A stretch of DNA of 64,000 bases from Blepharisma stoltei ATCC 30299 (taxonomy: Eukaryota; Protista; Ciliophora): NCBI GenBank assembly GCA_965603825.1, contig CBFDEM010000055.1, positions 1 through 64,000 of the forward strand, given 5' to 3'. The notes under the pieces are model-generated. The model saw nothing but the letters and a program-made list of their open reading frames with translations, searched no databases and had not been told where the DNA came from. A program made the position numbers and the translations under genes. Below, piece by piece: positions 1 through 12,506 of the stretch. Numbering within the stretch: position 1 is the first letter of the stretch; each line of letters opens with the position of its first letter.

Positions 1-3000
1 CTAACACCCTAACACCCTAACACCCTAACACCCTAACACCCTAACACCCTAACACCCTAACACCCTAACACCCTAACACCCACACCCTAACACCCTAACA
101 CCCTAACACCCTAACACCCTAACACCCTAACACCCTAACACCCTAACACCCTAACACCCTAACACCCTAACACCCTAACACCCTAACACCCTAACACCCT
201 AACACCCTAACACCCTAACACCCTAACACCCTAACACCCTAACACCCTAACACCCTAACACCCTAACACCCTAACACCCTAACACCCTAACACCCTAACA
301 CCCTAACACCCTAACACCCTAACACCCTAACACCCTAACACCCTAACACCCTAACACCCTAACACCCTAACACCCTAACACCCTAACACCCTAACACCCT
401 AACACCCTAACACCCTAACACCCTAACACCCTAACACCCTAACACCCTAACACCCTAACACCCTAACACCCTAACACCCTAACACCCTAACACCCTAACA
501 CCCTAACACCCTAACACCCTAACACCCTAACACCCTAACACCCTAACACCCTAACACCCTAACACCCTAACACCCAACACCCTAACACCCTAACACCCTA
601 ACACCCAACACCCTAACACCCTAACACCCTAACACCCTAACACCCTAACACCCTAACACCCTAACACCCTAACACCCTAACACCCTAACACCCTAACACC
701 CTAACACCCTAACACCCTAACACCCTAACACCCTAACACCCTAACACCCTAACACCCTAACACCCTAACACCCTAACACCCTAACACCCTAACACCCTAA
801 CACCCTAACACCCTAACACCCTAACACCCTAACACCCTAACACCCTAACACCCTAACACCCTAACACCCTAACACCCTAACACCCTAACACCCTAACACC
901 CTAACACCCTAACACCCTAACACCCTAACACCCTAACACCCTAACACCCTAACACCCTAACACCCTAACACCCTAACACCCTAACACCCTAACACCCTAA
1001 CACCCTAACACCCTAACACCCTAACACCCTAACACCCTAACACCCTAACACCCTAACACCCTAACACCCTAACACCCTAACACCCTAACACCCTAACACC
1101 CTAACACCCTAACACCCTAACACCCTAACACCCTAACACCCTAACACCCTAACACCCTAACACCCTAACACCCTAACACCCTAACACCCTAACACCCTAA
1201 CACCCTAACACCCTAACACCCTAACACCCTAACACCCTAACACCCTAACACCCTAACACCCTAACACCCTAACACCCTAACACCCTAACACCCTAACACC
1301 CTAACACCCTAACACCCTAACACCCTAACACCCTAACACCCTAACACCCTAACACCCTAACACCCTAACACCCTAACACCCTAACACCCTAACACCCTAA
1401 CACCCTAACACCCTAACACCCTAACACCCTAACACCCTAACACCCTAACACCCTAACACCCTAACACCCTAACACCCTAACACCCTAACACCCTAACACC
1501 CTAACACCCTAACACCCTAACACCCTAACACCCTAACACCCTAACACCCTAACACCCTAACACCCTAACACCCTAACACCCTAACACCCTAACACCCTAA
1601 CACCCTAACACCCTAACACCCTAACACCCTAACACCCTAACACCCTAACACCCTAACACCCTAACACCCTAACACCCTAACACCCTAACACCCTAACACC
1701 CTAACACCCTAACACCCTAACACCCTAACACCCTAACACCCTAACACCCTAACACCCTAACACCCTAACACCCTAACACCCTAACACCCTAACACCCTAA
1801 CACCCTAACACCCTAACACCCTAACACCCTAACACCCTAACACCCTAACACCCTAACACCCTAACACCCTAACACCCTAACACCCTAACACCCTAACACC
1901 CTAACACCCTAACACCCTAACACCCTAACACCCTAACACCCTAACACCCTAACACCCTAACACCCTAACACCCTAACACCCTAACACCCTAACACCCTAA
2001 CACCCTAACACCCTAACACCCTAACACCCTAACACCCTAACACCCTAACACCCTAACACCCTAACACCCTAACACCCTAACACCCTAACACCCTAACACC
2101 CTAACACCCTAACACCCTAACACCCTAACACCCTAACACCCTAACACCCTAACACCCTAACACCCTAACACCCTAACACCCTAACACCCTAACACCCTAA
2201 CACCCTAACACCCTAACACCCTAACACCCTAACACCCTAACACCCTAACACCCTAACACCCTAACACCCTAACACCCTAACACCCTAACACCCTAACACC
2301 CTAACACCCTAACACCCTAACACCCTAACACCCTAACACCCTAACACCCTAACACCCTAACACCCTAACACCCTAACACCCTAACACCCTAACACCCTAA
2401 CACCCTAACACCCTAACACCCTAACACCCTAACACCCTAACACCCTAACACCCTAACACCCTAACACCCTAACACCCTAACACCCTAACACCCTAACACC
2501 CTAACACCCTAACACCCTAACACCCTAACACCCTAACACCCTAACACCCTAACACCCTAACACCCTAACACCCTAACACCCTAACACCCTAACACCCTAA
2601 CACCCTAACACCCTAACACCCTAACACCCTAACACCCTAACACCCTAACACCCTAACACCCTAACACCCTAACACCCTAACACCCTAACACCCTAACACC
2701 CTAACACCCTAACACCCTAACACCCTAACACCCTAACACCCTAACACCCTAACACCCTAACACCCTAACACCCTAACACCCTAACACCCTAACACCCTAA
2801 CACCCTAACACCCTAACACCCTAACACCCTAACACCCTAACACCCTAACACCCTAACACCCTAACACCCTAACACCCTAACACCCTAACACCCTAACACC
2901 CTAACACCCTAACACCCTAACACCCTAACACCCTAACACCCTAACACCCTAACACCCTAACACCCTAACACCCTAACACCCTAACACCCTAACACCCTAA

Positions 3001-3138
3001 CACCCTAACACCCTAACACCCTAACACCCTAACACCCTAACACCCTAACACCCTAACACCCTAACACCCTAACACCCTAACACCCTAACACCCTAACACC
3101 CTAACACCCTAACACCCTAACACCCTAACACCCTAACA
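1..3138 (+). repeat. Telomeric tandem repeat (CCCTAACA)n, about 390 units
   Basis: Near-perfect 8-mer array from base 1 to ...ccctaaca|ttaatt at 3138, with only three shortened units (~80, ~575, ~605). CCCTAACA is the heterotrich (Blepharisma/Stentor) telomere unit. Confidence 0.99.
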
Positions 3139-3817
3139 TTAATTTAATAAAATATAAAATTACTAATACTAAATGGAAGGCATAATCACATTTAGATAAG
3201 CATAGATAGTAGTAGTAGAGTCTTCAGAAGTTAAAAAGACTTTCTAAAAATTTTAAAGACATGATTCTAATTCAGCCTTACAACAATGGAAATCTAAATA
3301 AACTTTATTTAAAAACCCAAGCATACTAGCTAAAGATTTGATCTTAATTTTTTAAAGAGAAGCACGAGCTCTGACTAAAATGCGTACTATAAAGAAAGAT
3401 GCGACTATGTATCTGCCCTTGCCTTTATCGAATGAAATATTGAAACGATTGATAAAAGTATACTGAAGGGGTATTTTGGAGATAGATTTTTGATTAAAGG
3501 GGCAAGACTTTGGAGTTCTGAAAAAGTATATTTGGAAATGATAACTGGATTAAAGAATTAAATATTATAGATTTCGTAAAAAATTACCAAACTAGAATAG
3601 CTTATTTTTTTGTTTTTGTATATAATATCTTTATGTCTACTCTTAGATAAAATAAGCATTTGTATATTTTTAAATATTAAAAAATGTAAAAAATCAATTA
3701 AAATTCAAATAGTAAATTTATTAAAAATTACCCAAAGGGGAAGGAGAATAATATTTATATTTTCTGTTCATTTGGCGATAAAAATATATTTAAAAAAATT
3801 TAGTTGTGAGATCTGAC

Positions 3818-3945
3818 TGTCAATTTCTTTAGGACCTTTGTAATCCCATTTATCAGAATCGATAAATATCCCTTGAATTTTTAATTTTTTCTTTTCAAAA
3901 ACGCTTATAGGCATCCTTCTATAAATCTATAATGTCTTAAATAGA
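3818..3945 (-). pseudogene. Internally deleted remnant of the N-terminal module of the subtelomeric paralog family
   Basis: tgtcaatttctttaggacc...taatcccatttatc...ttttcttttcaa matches ~5795-5875. It is joined directly to acgcttatagg..., which matches the start-codon region ~6047-6090. The start ATG is mutated. Confidence 0.7.
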
Positions 3946-4484
3946 AAGAAGACTTAAATGGGTGATTAAATAACATTTAAAGACACATATCCTATCAAAT
4001 ATAACATTCCTAAACAATAATACGTCTTACAGAGCTTATATAAAATTTATTGTATTTATTATTGCAATAGAGCTTTTAAAGCATAAAATAATTAATTCTA
4101 TTATTCATAGATATAAATGCAATTTTAATTTTTTCTTTTTGGTGAGAAGCATATATTTAGTTTCAATTAAAATCAAATTTATATCAACAGCTCTTAAGGA
4201 GCGCGATGCTTCAGTCTAAAAGCCCGAAAAGAGCAATAAGTCTGACCTGAAATATGTGGAATTCTCGAAAGTGTGAAAAATCAAAAAAATCTGAAAATTT
4301 ATTTTTAGGTAGATTAAAGACCTATTCTTACTGCGCATTTAAAATACTTCATCCTTATATGCTTTATTTCTCCAATTTTGAGAAATTTCCCAATATATTT
4401 AAAATGAATGGAATTAATATAATCTTTATTAAGAGTGTAAAAATTTAAATATCAAAATCTTATTCTAAATTAAAAGCTTAGATT

Positions 4485-6065
4485 TTAGAATTTAATTATG
4501 CTTTTCTTGTTAAGGTCAAACTTATATCAATAATTTTTAACATCACTGCACTCAGACTTATCATAAGGCTTATTATAACTATATGTAGTTATGAATTTTA
4601 AATAAAGTGCTCCATCATTATACACACTATATTTTAAATGCATCCACTCTTTCGGTGTTTTTCCAATTTTAAATCAATTATATTCATTATTTTCCTCACA
4701 TTCAAAAATTGATCCAAATAATTCGAATATATATACTCTGGAGCCATAAGAAACTAGGTATCTTGATCCTGAAAAATATAAATCTGAATATAGGATCAAG
4801 GAGAAACTGTCTATTAATAAATCAAACTTCATTATTATTCTTCAGTAATTTGTGGAGTATATAATGCTTTTATTGAATAAAATCATATTACTATAACACA
4901 TTTCTGATTGTATTTTATATTTATTCATAGTATTTTTTAATAAATTATGTTTGCATAAAACCCATGATCTTGGTTCATTTTTAGGATTTTGAAGGGAATA
5001 AACCGTACTGTCATAATACACAAATGAGCATGGTGGAATTAATTTATTAGTAGGGTTTTTCAATATCGGCATAAATTGTGAATTTGCGAAAATTTCTTCA
5101 TCGTAGCTTTTAATTTTTTTCTCTGAGAGATAAAAACGATTTCGTAATAAAAATAAATTAGTTAGGGAATTCGAAATCTGACTGTCTATTAAAATCGATA
5201 ATAAACAATTCTGAATATAATCTAGATTGAAAAAGGAATAATTCATTAAAATTTTATATCCCTTACGAATTGGCAATAAAAATTTCCTTAATGCTTTTTC
5301 TAGCTGAGACATACAATTTTGCAATCAATCAACCCATATACTTTCAATCCGTAATGACTCTAAGCAGCCAATTGTTTTATTATAAATATTAGTGGATTCC
5401 TCAACATACCCCTCATATTTTGATTTAAATCAGCTGCTTATTAGACAGAATCTATTTATTTCGTTAATAGTGCCAATCCCTAGTTGAAAGGGTAGAAGGT
5501 ATTTTTGGATTTTTTGCTTAATTTCTTCAAATGTAGAGTCGTATTTAAGCTCACAAAGCTTATTATCTTGAATAAATTGAAATTCATTTTTTACTTGAAT
5601 TGGAATTTCAGAGATTATTTTATTTATTTTATCGAGCAAGAAATTAATTCTGAAATAAGCCCAGCAGTAATTTGTGCATTTTTCTCTTATTTTCTGAGTT
5701 TTCTCCATTATATCTCATATAAGTAAATCTAAATTTCTCACACTTTTAGCTTCTAAAGCTGATTGAAACATTTCCTTAATTTTTTCTATTCCTTTGTCAA
5801 TTTCCTTAGGACCGTTGTAATCCCATTTATCTGGGTCTATAGTGATTCCTTGAATTTTTAGTTTTTTCTTTTCAAGCTCATTTTTTTCATTCAGAAGGAC
5901 TTCAAGGACTGCATTGATTTCATGCAGACTTTCGTGTTCTTTATTACAATCCTTGAGATGAGAATCGAAATGAGTAGCACAGAAAAAACTACCTGATGAT
6001 AAATAATTGCAAATATATATAACTTTAGAGCGGCAGGTTGGGATAAAACACTTATAAGCTTCCAT
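4485..6065 (-). CDS. Subtelomeric family copy 1 (contiguous, 526 aa): Cys/His-rich N-terminus, helical middle, degenerate kelch/beta-propeller-like C-terminus
   Basis: ORF-track pieces 5715-6065, 5430-5708 and 4842-5324 are in one frame, separated only by TGA. The frame continues to TAA at 4485-4487 (1581 nt, 527 codons). N-terminus is C-x4-C..C..C-x2-H-x3-H; C-terminus includes KFDLLIDSFS...GSIFECEENNEYNW...YKFDLNKKSIIKF. The fold assignment is tentative. Confidence 0.85.
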
Positions 6066-6912
6066 TCTACAAATATATAAAATGTCTTAATATCAAGAAA
6101 ACTTAATAGATAATAAAATCTCACATAAATTTATATTGTTCATCAAAATTTACATTCCTAAACAATAAAGCGACTACATTTAGTAGCATTTCAAAACCTA
6201 TACTATTACAAATAATGATGAAACCAGAATAAAGCTGGCTAATTTATCAGGGCTAAAGCGCATCAAGCTTTTTAAAATTCAAAACTCATAGTTTTCTTAA
6301 GATTCAAAAATGATCCAAAGCTTTCTCATATATATGATATGGAATTATGAGAAACAAGAAATTTTGCATCAAATATTTAGATCCCATTTCCCCAAGCTCT
6401 CCAAGCCCTCTCAAAAACCCTACTTATGATTGATAGAAAGAAATACTGAAGATACTGCAGTATATTAATTTCTGCATCATTCTAGAGCAATTTGTAGTAT
6501 AGTTTCTGATAAAAACTCTATCTCTTGGCAGTGGAATAAGATACTTTTGGGAAAAATTAACTATTTTATCAAGTTTTGCTTATATTTTGTATTAATAATT
6601 AAATGAATTTATTAGATTTATATAAAAATGAATTATTAAGAATTTTAAAACTGCTAGGCATGCTAATTGATCATAATTAATGCTTAAATATATCTTTACG
6701 GCTATTCAATTCTTTGACTTTATTTACGAATGACCCATTCAATTTGACTAATCAGATATTACTTGGTATATTCATGTTTAAGAGTGAGACCTATTAATCT
6801 AGGTTATTGAGCATAATTATAAACTTTATTAGATTAATAAATCTCGATATAATTATTAAAAAAAATATAAATATTAAAATTCTAAATTTTATGTTCTAAA
6901 ATAAACGCTTCA

Positions 6913-8648
6913 TTATAATTTAATTAAGCTTTTCTTGCTAAGGTCAAATTTAAACCAATCACTTTTCTTGATTTTATAATCTATTCTTTCTCCACTATAA
7001 TAAAAGTATATACCCTTCTTATCGAGAATACTTGGGATATCCTCGTCATCAAATAGAGTATCGATTTTGAAATAAAATGCTCCTTCATGATAGACACTAC
7101 ATTTCAAAATATTTCAATTATTATTTGTTTTCCCAATTTCGGACCAAATATATTCATTATTTTCCTCACACTCAAAAATTGATCCACAATTTTCTATTAT
7201 ATATGCTCTGGTATCATAAGAAACTAAGATTATTTTCGACCATACGTGAAAAGTCAATGGCAACTCTAATGCTTTGTCTCCATAACGTTGGCCAACTCAA
7301 ATTTCATATGCAGAAGTGTAAATACTGTACGGGAGAGCTGAAATTCAGTCACCTTAGCTTCTGGCAAAATTGCCTCAGCATAAGAACCCAGTATCAAGAT
7401 AGGAGTATAAGACAAAATCTAATTCACAAGAAAACCTCCGTGGGAGAGCTAAACTTTCTGTTTCAGCAAACTTTCCACTGAGCTGGTATATTTGTTTTAG
7501 AGTGACGACTCCATAAAATTTTTTGGTCCACCCACTCTATCAGGAGTGCATCTCAAAGCCACTATTCCATGAATGCCGCCATTTATTTTATAAGAAACTA
7601 AAATCTTCCACCCCTGGAGTTCAGAATCTGAGTATGTAATCGTAGAGCAACTGTTTATTAATAAATCGAATTTCACTATTTTTCTTTTATTTTCTAAGAA
7701 GGCAATAATGCTTTTATTGAAAAAAGCCAATTGATTATTTCAATTATTAACTCACATAAATTCATATTTATTCAGTGTATTTTTTACCAAATCATACCTG
7801 CATAGAAAATCTAATCAACATTTATTTTTATTATAATCGTAAGTACCTTTTTTAATAAAATAAATAGCATTTTCATAGTACAAAAACTGGCCATTCATAA
7901 GTTTATTATTCGGACTTTTCAATAATGACATCAACTGAGAATTTGCAATAATTTCTTCATAATCCTTAATTTTGTCATAAATTTGATTGAAAAACGACTT
8001 AAGATCTCTATATAAAATATATGAATTTGTTAACTCACGTAAAATATTATCAAAAATATTGAACTCAGTTTTTCAAAAGTATTCGTATTGCTCATTCTTA
8101 GTATAAATTCTGCTTTGTAAATATTTACTAAAAATTGAATTTTTATCTTTTACTAAAATAACTGATAAAAAATACATAGCATTAGTAAATAAGGGACTTG
8201 ATGAAGAGAATGAAATTTTTAACAATCCTTGCAAGGTTTGCAGCATAGGCATGCAATTTTCTAAAAAATCGATCAATTTGATTTCATTTTGTAATAACTC
8301 TAAGCGCTCAATCGCTTTCTTATAAATTTTATTGCATTCCTCAACATACTCCTCATATTTTGATTTAAGTCAGCTGCTTATTAGACAGAATCTATTTATT
8401 TCGTTAATAGTGCCAATCCCTAGTTGAAAGGGTAGAAGGTATTTTTGGATTTTTTGCTTAATTTCTTCAAATGTAAAGTCATTTTTTAGCTCATAAAACT
8501 TATTATCTTGAATAAATTGGATTTCATTTTCTACTTGAATTGGAATTTCAGACATTATTTTATTTATTTTTTCAAACAAAAAATCAATCCTGAAATAAGC
8601 CCAGCAGTAATTTGTGCATTTTTCTCTTATTTTCTGAGTTTTCTTCAT
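6913..8648 (-). CDS. Subtelomeric family copy 2: lacks the N-terminal module, interrupted by a 374-bp insert (453 aa if the insert is removed)
   Basis: Open with TGA=W from ATG 8648 to ILVSY. It then enters the insert (TAA at 7497). Removing 7216-7589 gives LVSY-DTRAYIIENCGSIFECEENNEY..., colinear with copy 1, to TAA at 6913. Confidence 0.75.
7216..7601. mobile_element. 374-bp insert bounded by a 12-bp direct repeat ATAAGAAACTAA (IES-like or TSD-flanked insertion)
   Basis: Repeat at 7216-7227 and 7590-7601. The empty site in copy 1 has a single ATAAGAAACTA at 4746-4756. No terminal inverted repeats seen. Confidence 0.8.
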
Positions 8649-9146
8649 AATATCTCATATAAAAAGACAGAAAAGTTAATCAGAGTCATTAAAGAAAATG
8701 CTTTGCTAATATTTTGTAGGATACCTGCAAAGATTAATATTTTGCCAGAGATATGCTTATTACTAATAATAAAAACCGCTCTAATTTGGAATTTAGAAAA
8801 ATATCATAAGTAGCACATATATTTTACTCTTGAATTGACTCAATTTTGCAAGCAATATGAGCATGCTTTACTAAAGCTTATAAGTTGTTAGAAATGCTTT
8901 ATTAAATTTATTTAAATTAAAAGTAAGATGGTGATACTCTCAGCATTATCAGTCAAAGGATATTTAATTCAATTTAATAATTTGGCTATCCTTTTCATTA
9001 CTAAAATTAGCTTCTAATTTGAAAACTATAAATCGAAGCTTTAAAGTATATTGAGCATCATTATAAACTTTATTAGATTAATAAAACTCAATATAATTAT
9101 TAGCAGAAATAAAGAATATAAATATTAAAATTCTAAATTTTATGTT

Positions 9147-11615
9147 CTAAAATAAATGCTGCATTTCGAATTTAATTAAACTTTTCTTGTTAAGGTCAAA
9201 TTTATATCATTCTTCTTTGATTTCGTAGGATGTTCAACTCTCATAAATATTATCCTCCATATCAATAATATCCTTATGACTATTATAAAAATAAACACCC
9301 TTCATATCAAATTTAATTTTACTATGGATTTTGAAATAAAATGCTCCATCATTATACACACTGCATTCCAAATTATCTCAGTGATAATTTGTTTTCCCTA
9401 TTTCAGACCAAATATATTCATTATTTTCCTCACACTCAAAAATGGATCCATAATTTTCAAATATATATGCTCTGGTACCATAAGAAACTAATGCTGGCCA
9501 ACTCAAACTTCATATACCGAAGTTTAAATACTGCAAGGGGAGCTAAAATTCAATCATCTTAAGCTTCTTGCAAAATTCCCTCTGCTAAGGAAACAGATAA
9601 TCATGATAAGACAAAACCTAATTCACAAGAAAACCTCCGTGGGAGAGCTAAACTTTCAGTTTCAGCAAGCTTTCCATTGAGCTGGTCTATTTGTTTAAAA
9701 GCGATTTTACCAAAAATCTTTCTAGTCTATCCTCTCCATAAGGAGTGCACCTCAAAACAACTATTCCATGAATGCCATCATTAATTTTATAAGAAACTAA
9801 AAACTTTCACCCCTTGAATTTATTATCTGAATATGTAATCATAGAGTAACTGTCTATTAATAAATCGAATGTCACTATTTTTCTTTCATTTTCTACCAAA
9901 GCAATAATGCTTTTATTGAAAAAAGCCAATTTATTTTCTATTTTATTAATTCTCATAAATCAATATTTATTCAAGGTATTTTTTACCAAATCGTATCTGC
10001 ATAGAAAATCTAGTGAATCTTTATTTTTATCGAAAGTAGCATCTTTATAAAAATAAATAGCATTTTCATAGTACAAAAATTCGTCATTAATGAGTTTATT
10101 ATTTGGGCTTTTCAATAATGACATCAATTGCGAATTTGCAATAATTTCTTCAAAATAGTTAATTTTGTCCAGTTTCAAATACTTTTCATTAAAAAACCGC
10201 TTATATTTTCTATAAAAATCCTTATGTAAACTATATGTTCCCTCTTGTAATAAAAAATTATCAAAAACATTGACTTCAGGAATCTTGCCACTTAAAAAAA
10301 ATCTGTTTTGCTCAGTTTCAGTATAAAAGCTTTGCAAATACTTTTGTTTAATATTACTAAAGATTGAATTTTTTTCTTTTACTAAAATCAATGACCAAAA
10401 ATACAGGATAAATTTTTCAGTATAGTAATCAATAGAAAATTTATTTGAACCTAATTCTAACAATTCTAGTAAGGGTTGCAGTTTAGACATGCAATTTTCT
10501 AATCAATCTATCCGTATGCTATCATTTTGTAATAACTCTAATCGCTCAATCGTTTTCTTATAAATTTTATTGCGATCCTCAACATACTCCTCATATTTTG
10601 ATTTAAATCAGCTGCTTACTAGACAGAGCCTATTTATTTCATTAATAATGCCAATCTCTCTCTGTAAGGGCAAAATGCATTTTTGAAAATTTTGCTTAAT
10701 TTCTTCAAATGTAGACTCGTTTTTAAGGTCATAAAACTTATTATCTCGAATAAATTGAAATTTATTTTCTACTTTAACTGAAATTTCTTTATTTATTTTT
10801 TCATACCAGAGATTAATCCTGTAATAAACCCAGCAGTAATTCGTACATTTTTCTCTTATTTTCTGAGTTTTCTTCATCATATCTCATATAAAAAGGAAGA
10901 AAAATTAACCAGAGTCATAGAAACAAACAGCTTCCTAGTTATTTAGATCAATATTTTTTATGATACCTGTTTAAAGATGCTTAATTAATTGAACATAAAT
11001 ATTTGTCAGAGATAAGTTTATTATAAATATTATGTAAAAAATAGACATTGGATAATATAAAACCTTTCTTGTTCTACTTCTTTTACATTATACATATTTA
11101 ACAGTCGATAAAAAGGGGTGTTTACCGATTATAAAAGACTGTATAATAATTATAATTTTCTGAATATGGGCATGAGTCAATATTCTGTCAGACTTTAAAT
11201 ATCTTTATTAAAAGCATAAAAATACCTTCAAAACTTTTTATAATAAATAATAATTAGGATTATCTCATATAAGTAATTCTAAATTTTTTGCACTTTTAGC
11301 CTGAAGTGCTAAAAGGAATATTTTGCTAATTTTCTCTATTCCTTTGTCAATTTCTTTAGGACCGTTGTAATTTCACTTATCTGGGTCGATAATTATTTCT
11401 TGAATTTTTAGTTTTTTCTTTTCAAGCTCAATTTTTTCATCCAAAAGCATTTCAAGGATTGCAATTATTTCATGAAGACTCCTGTGCTCTTTATTACAAT
11501 CTTTGAGATGAGAATCGAAATGGGTGGCACAGAAAAAATTGCCTGATGATAAATAATTGCACATATATAAAACTTGAAAGGGGCAGGCTGGGATAAAACA
11601 CTTATAAGCTTCCAT
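9147..11615 (-). CDS. Subtelomeric family copy 3: full length (592 aa) only after removing two inserts (381 and 309 bp)
   Basis: ATG 11615 (MEAYKCFIP) runs to ELLIWD, then insert A, MMKKTQK..., FLVSY, insert B, GTRAYIFENYGSIFECEENNEY... and TAG at 9147. 2469-381-309=1779 nt (593 codons), with no TAA/TAG when TGA=W. Confidence 0.8.
9480..9800. mobile_element. 309-bp insert bounded by ATAAGAAACTAA direct repeat, homologous to the 374-bp insert in copy 2
   Basis: Repeat at 9480-9491 and 9789-9800. Internal sequence is shared with 7228-7589 (e.g. aattcacaagaaaacctccgtgggagagctaaacttt). Contains an in-frame TAG at 9687. Confidence 0.8.
10880..11272. mobile_element. 381-bp AT-rich insert bounded by a 12-bp direct repeat TATCTCATATAA
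   Basis: Repeat at 10880-10891 and 11261-11272. Deleting the insert recreates the copy-1 junction (5711-5722) and the frame LLIWD-MMKK. An in-frame TAA lies inside the insert. Confidence 0.8.
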
Positions 11616-12042
11616 TCTATAGATTTCATTATCACATAGATAGCAATTTTTTTAATATTAAAAAAATTCGTTTACTCACAGAGGAAAATTTTACTTCTTT
11701 TTTTGGTTGAAATTAACTAAAGTCAATATTTAATGTCGTAAAATCGAATGATAATGCATGGATTTTTCATTTTACTAGAACCTCAATTTATAGGATATTT
11801 ATTTTATAATAATCTCTTTATTCCCAATTTTTTGGCCTAATTTTCAGACATTAGCAGAAAGAAAATTTCAATGAAGAGATATTAATCTTTAATAGATAAT
11901 AAACTTTTATAAAATAGTCTTCATCTAGATATGCAAATTAAGACATCCGAAGCTCTACGTTTTGAATAAATTCAATTATATAAATTAAATAAGACTAAAA
12001 AAATAATGAATTTATTTAAACCCATTTTAAACCTTGTAATAG

Positions 12043-12264
12043 CTAGCAACCCTTCAATCTCTTAAAGGCAACGATACGGCAATTGTTAACAAGCCCTAAC
12101 TGTTCTAAAGTAAATCCAATTTCTTCTGACAAATGTCGATTTTTATAAATCACATCAAGTTCAAGTTCGTTGCTCCCAAGCATCTCCGCTAAAATGCTTC
12201 GAAAGTGAGCAAGTTTCCACAATCTGTTTACTTGTATTTTTGCGCTTTTAATAATAAAATGCAT
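12043..12264 (-). CDS. Ubiquitin-like protein (73 aa) ending RLKGC
   Basis: MHFIIKSAKIQV...DVIYKNRHLSEEIGFTLEQLGLVNNCRIVAFKRLKGC-TAG parallels ubiquitin LIFAGKQLEDGRTLSDYNI..LHLVLRLRGG in both length and pattern. The start codon is inferred. Confidence 0.65.
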   Translation of the reverse strand: MHFIIKSAKIQVNRLWKLAHFRSILAEMLGSNELELDVIYKNRHLSEEIGFTLEQLGLVNNCRIVAFKRLKGC

Positions 12265-12506
12265 AAGAAAGGAATCTGCTCTCTCTAAGAGTGATATGGA
12301 GGTTAAGATCAACTAATAAAATTTCTTTCAATTATCGAATTTCAGAATTTAAAGTGATTAAATGAAGGTGCTCTGGATAATAAAATATCCCAAAAAGTAT
12401 GAAAACTAAAAGCTTATTGGAAAGGGCATTGATATCAATATTTTGAAAATTAATTAATATCTTGACCATATAACACCACTATAAATCATAATTAAGAGTT
12501 TTTTAA

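Larger units (their letters stand above)
6810..10940. repeat. Tandem duplication, unit about 2.2 kb (copies 2 and 3 with shared flanks and inserts)
   Basis: Shared 3' flank (gagcat..ttataaactttattagattaataaa at ~6810 and ~9053), shared coding sequence, shared insert B, and shared start of insert A (8663-8700 vs 10892-10930). Confidence 0.8.

Noticed and set aside
79-610. Variant telomere units (loss of TA or T) as meaningful signals
   Set aside because: There are only three isolated deletions in the distal tract, consistent with read error or telomerase slippage.
7077-7481. Plus-strand track ORFs over the subtelomeric family, and antisense ORFs over large genes (e.g. 15501-15803, 20316-20639, 46487-46960, 49007-49345)
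   Set aside because: They are shadow frames of well-supported genes on the opposite strand and have no recognisable motifs.
10880-11272. Insert A as an intron (pyrimidine tract plus AG at one end) or as a MITE
   Set aside because: There is no GT at the matching 5' position and no terminal inverted repeats.
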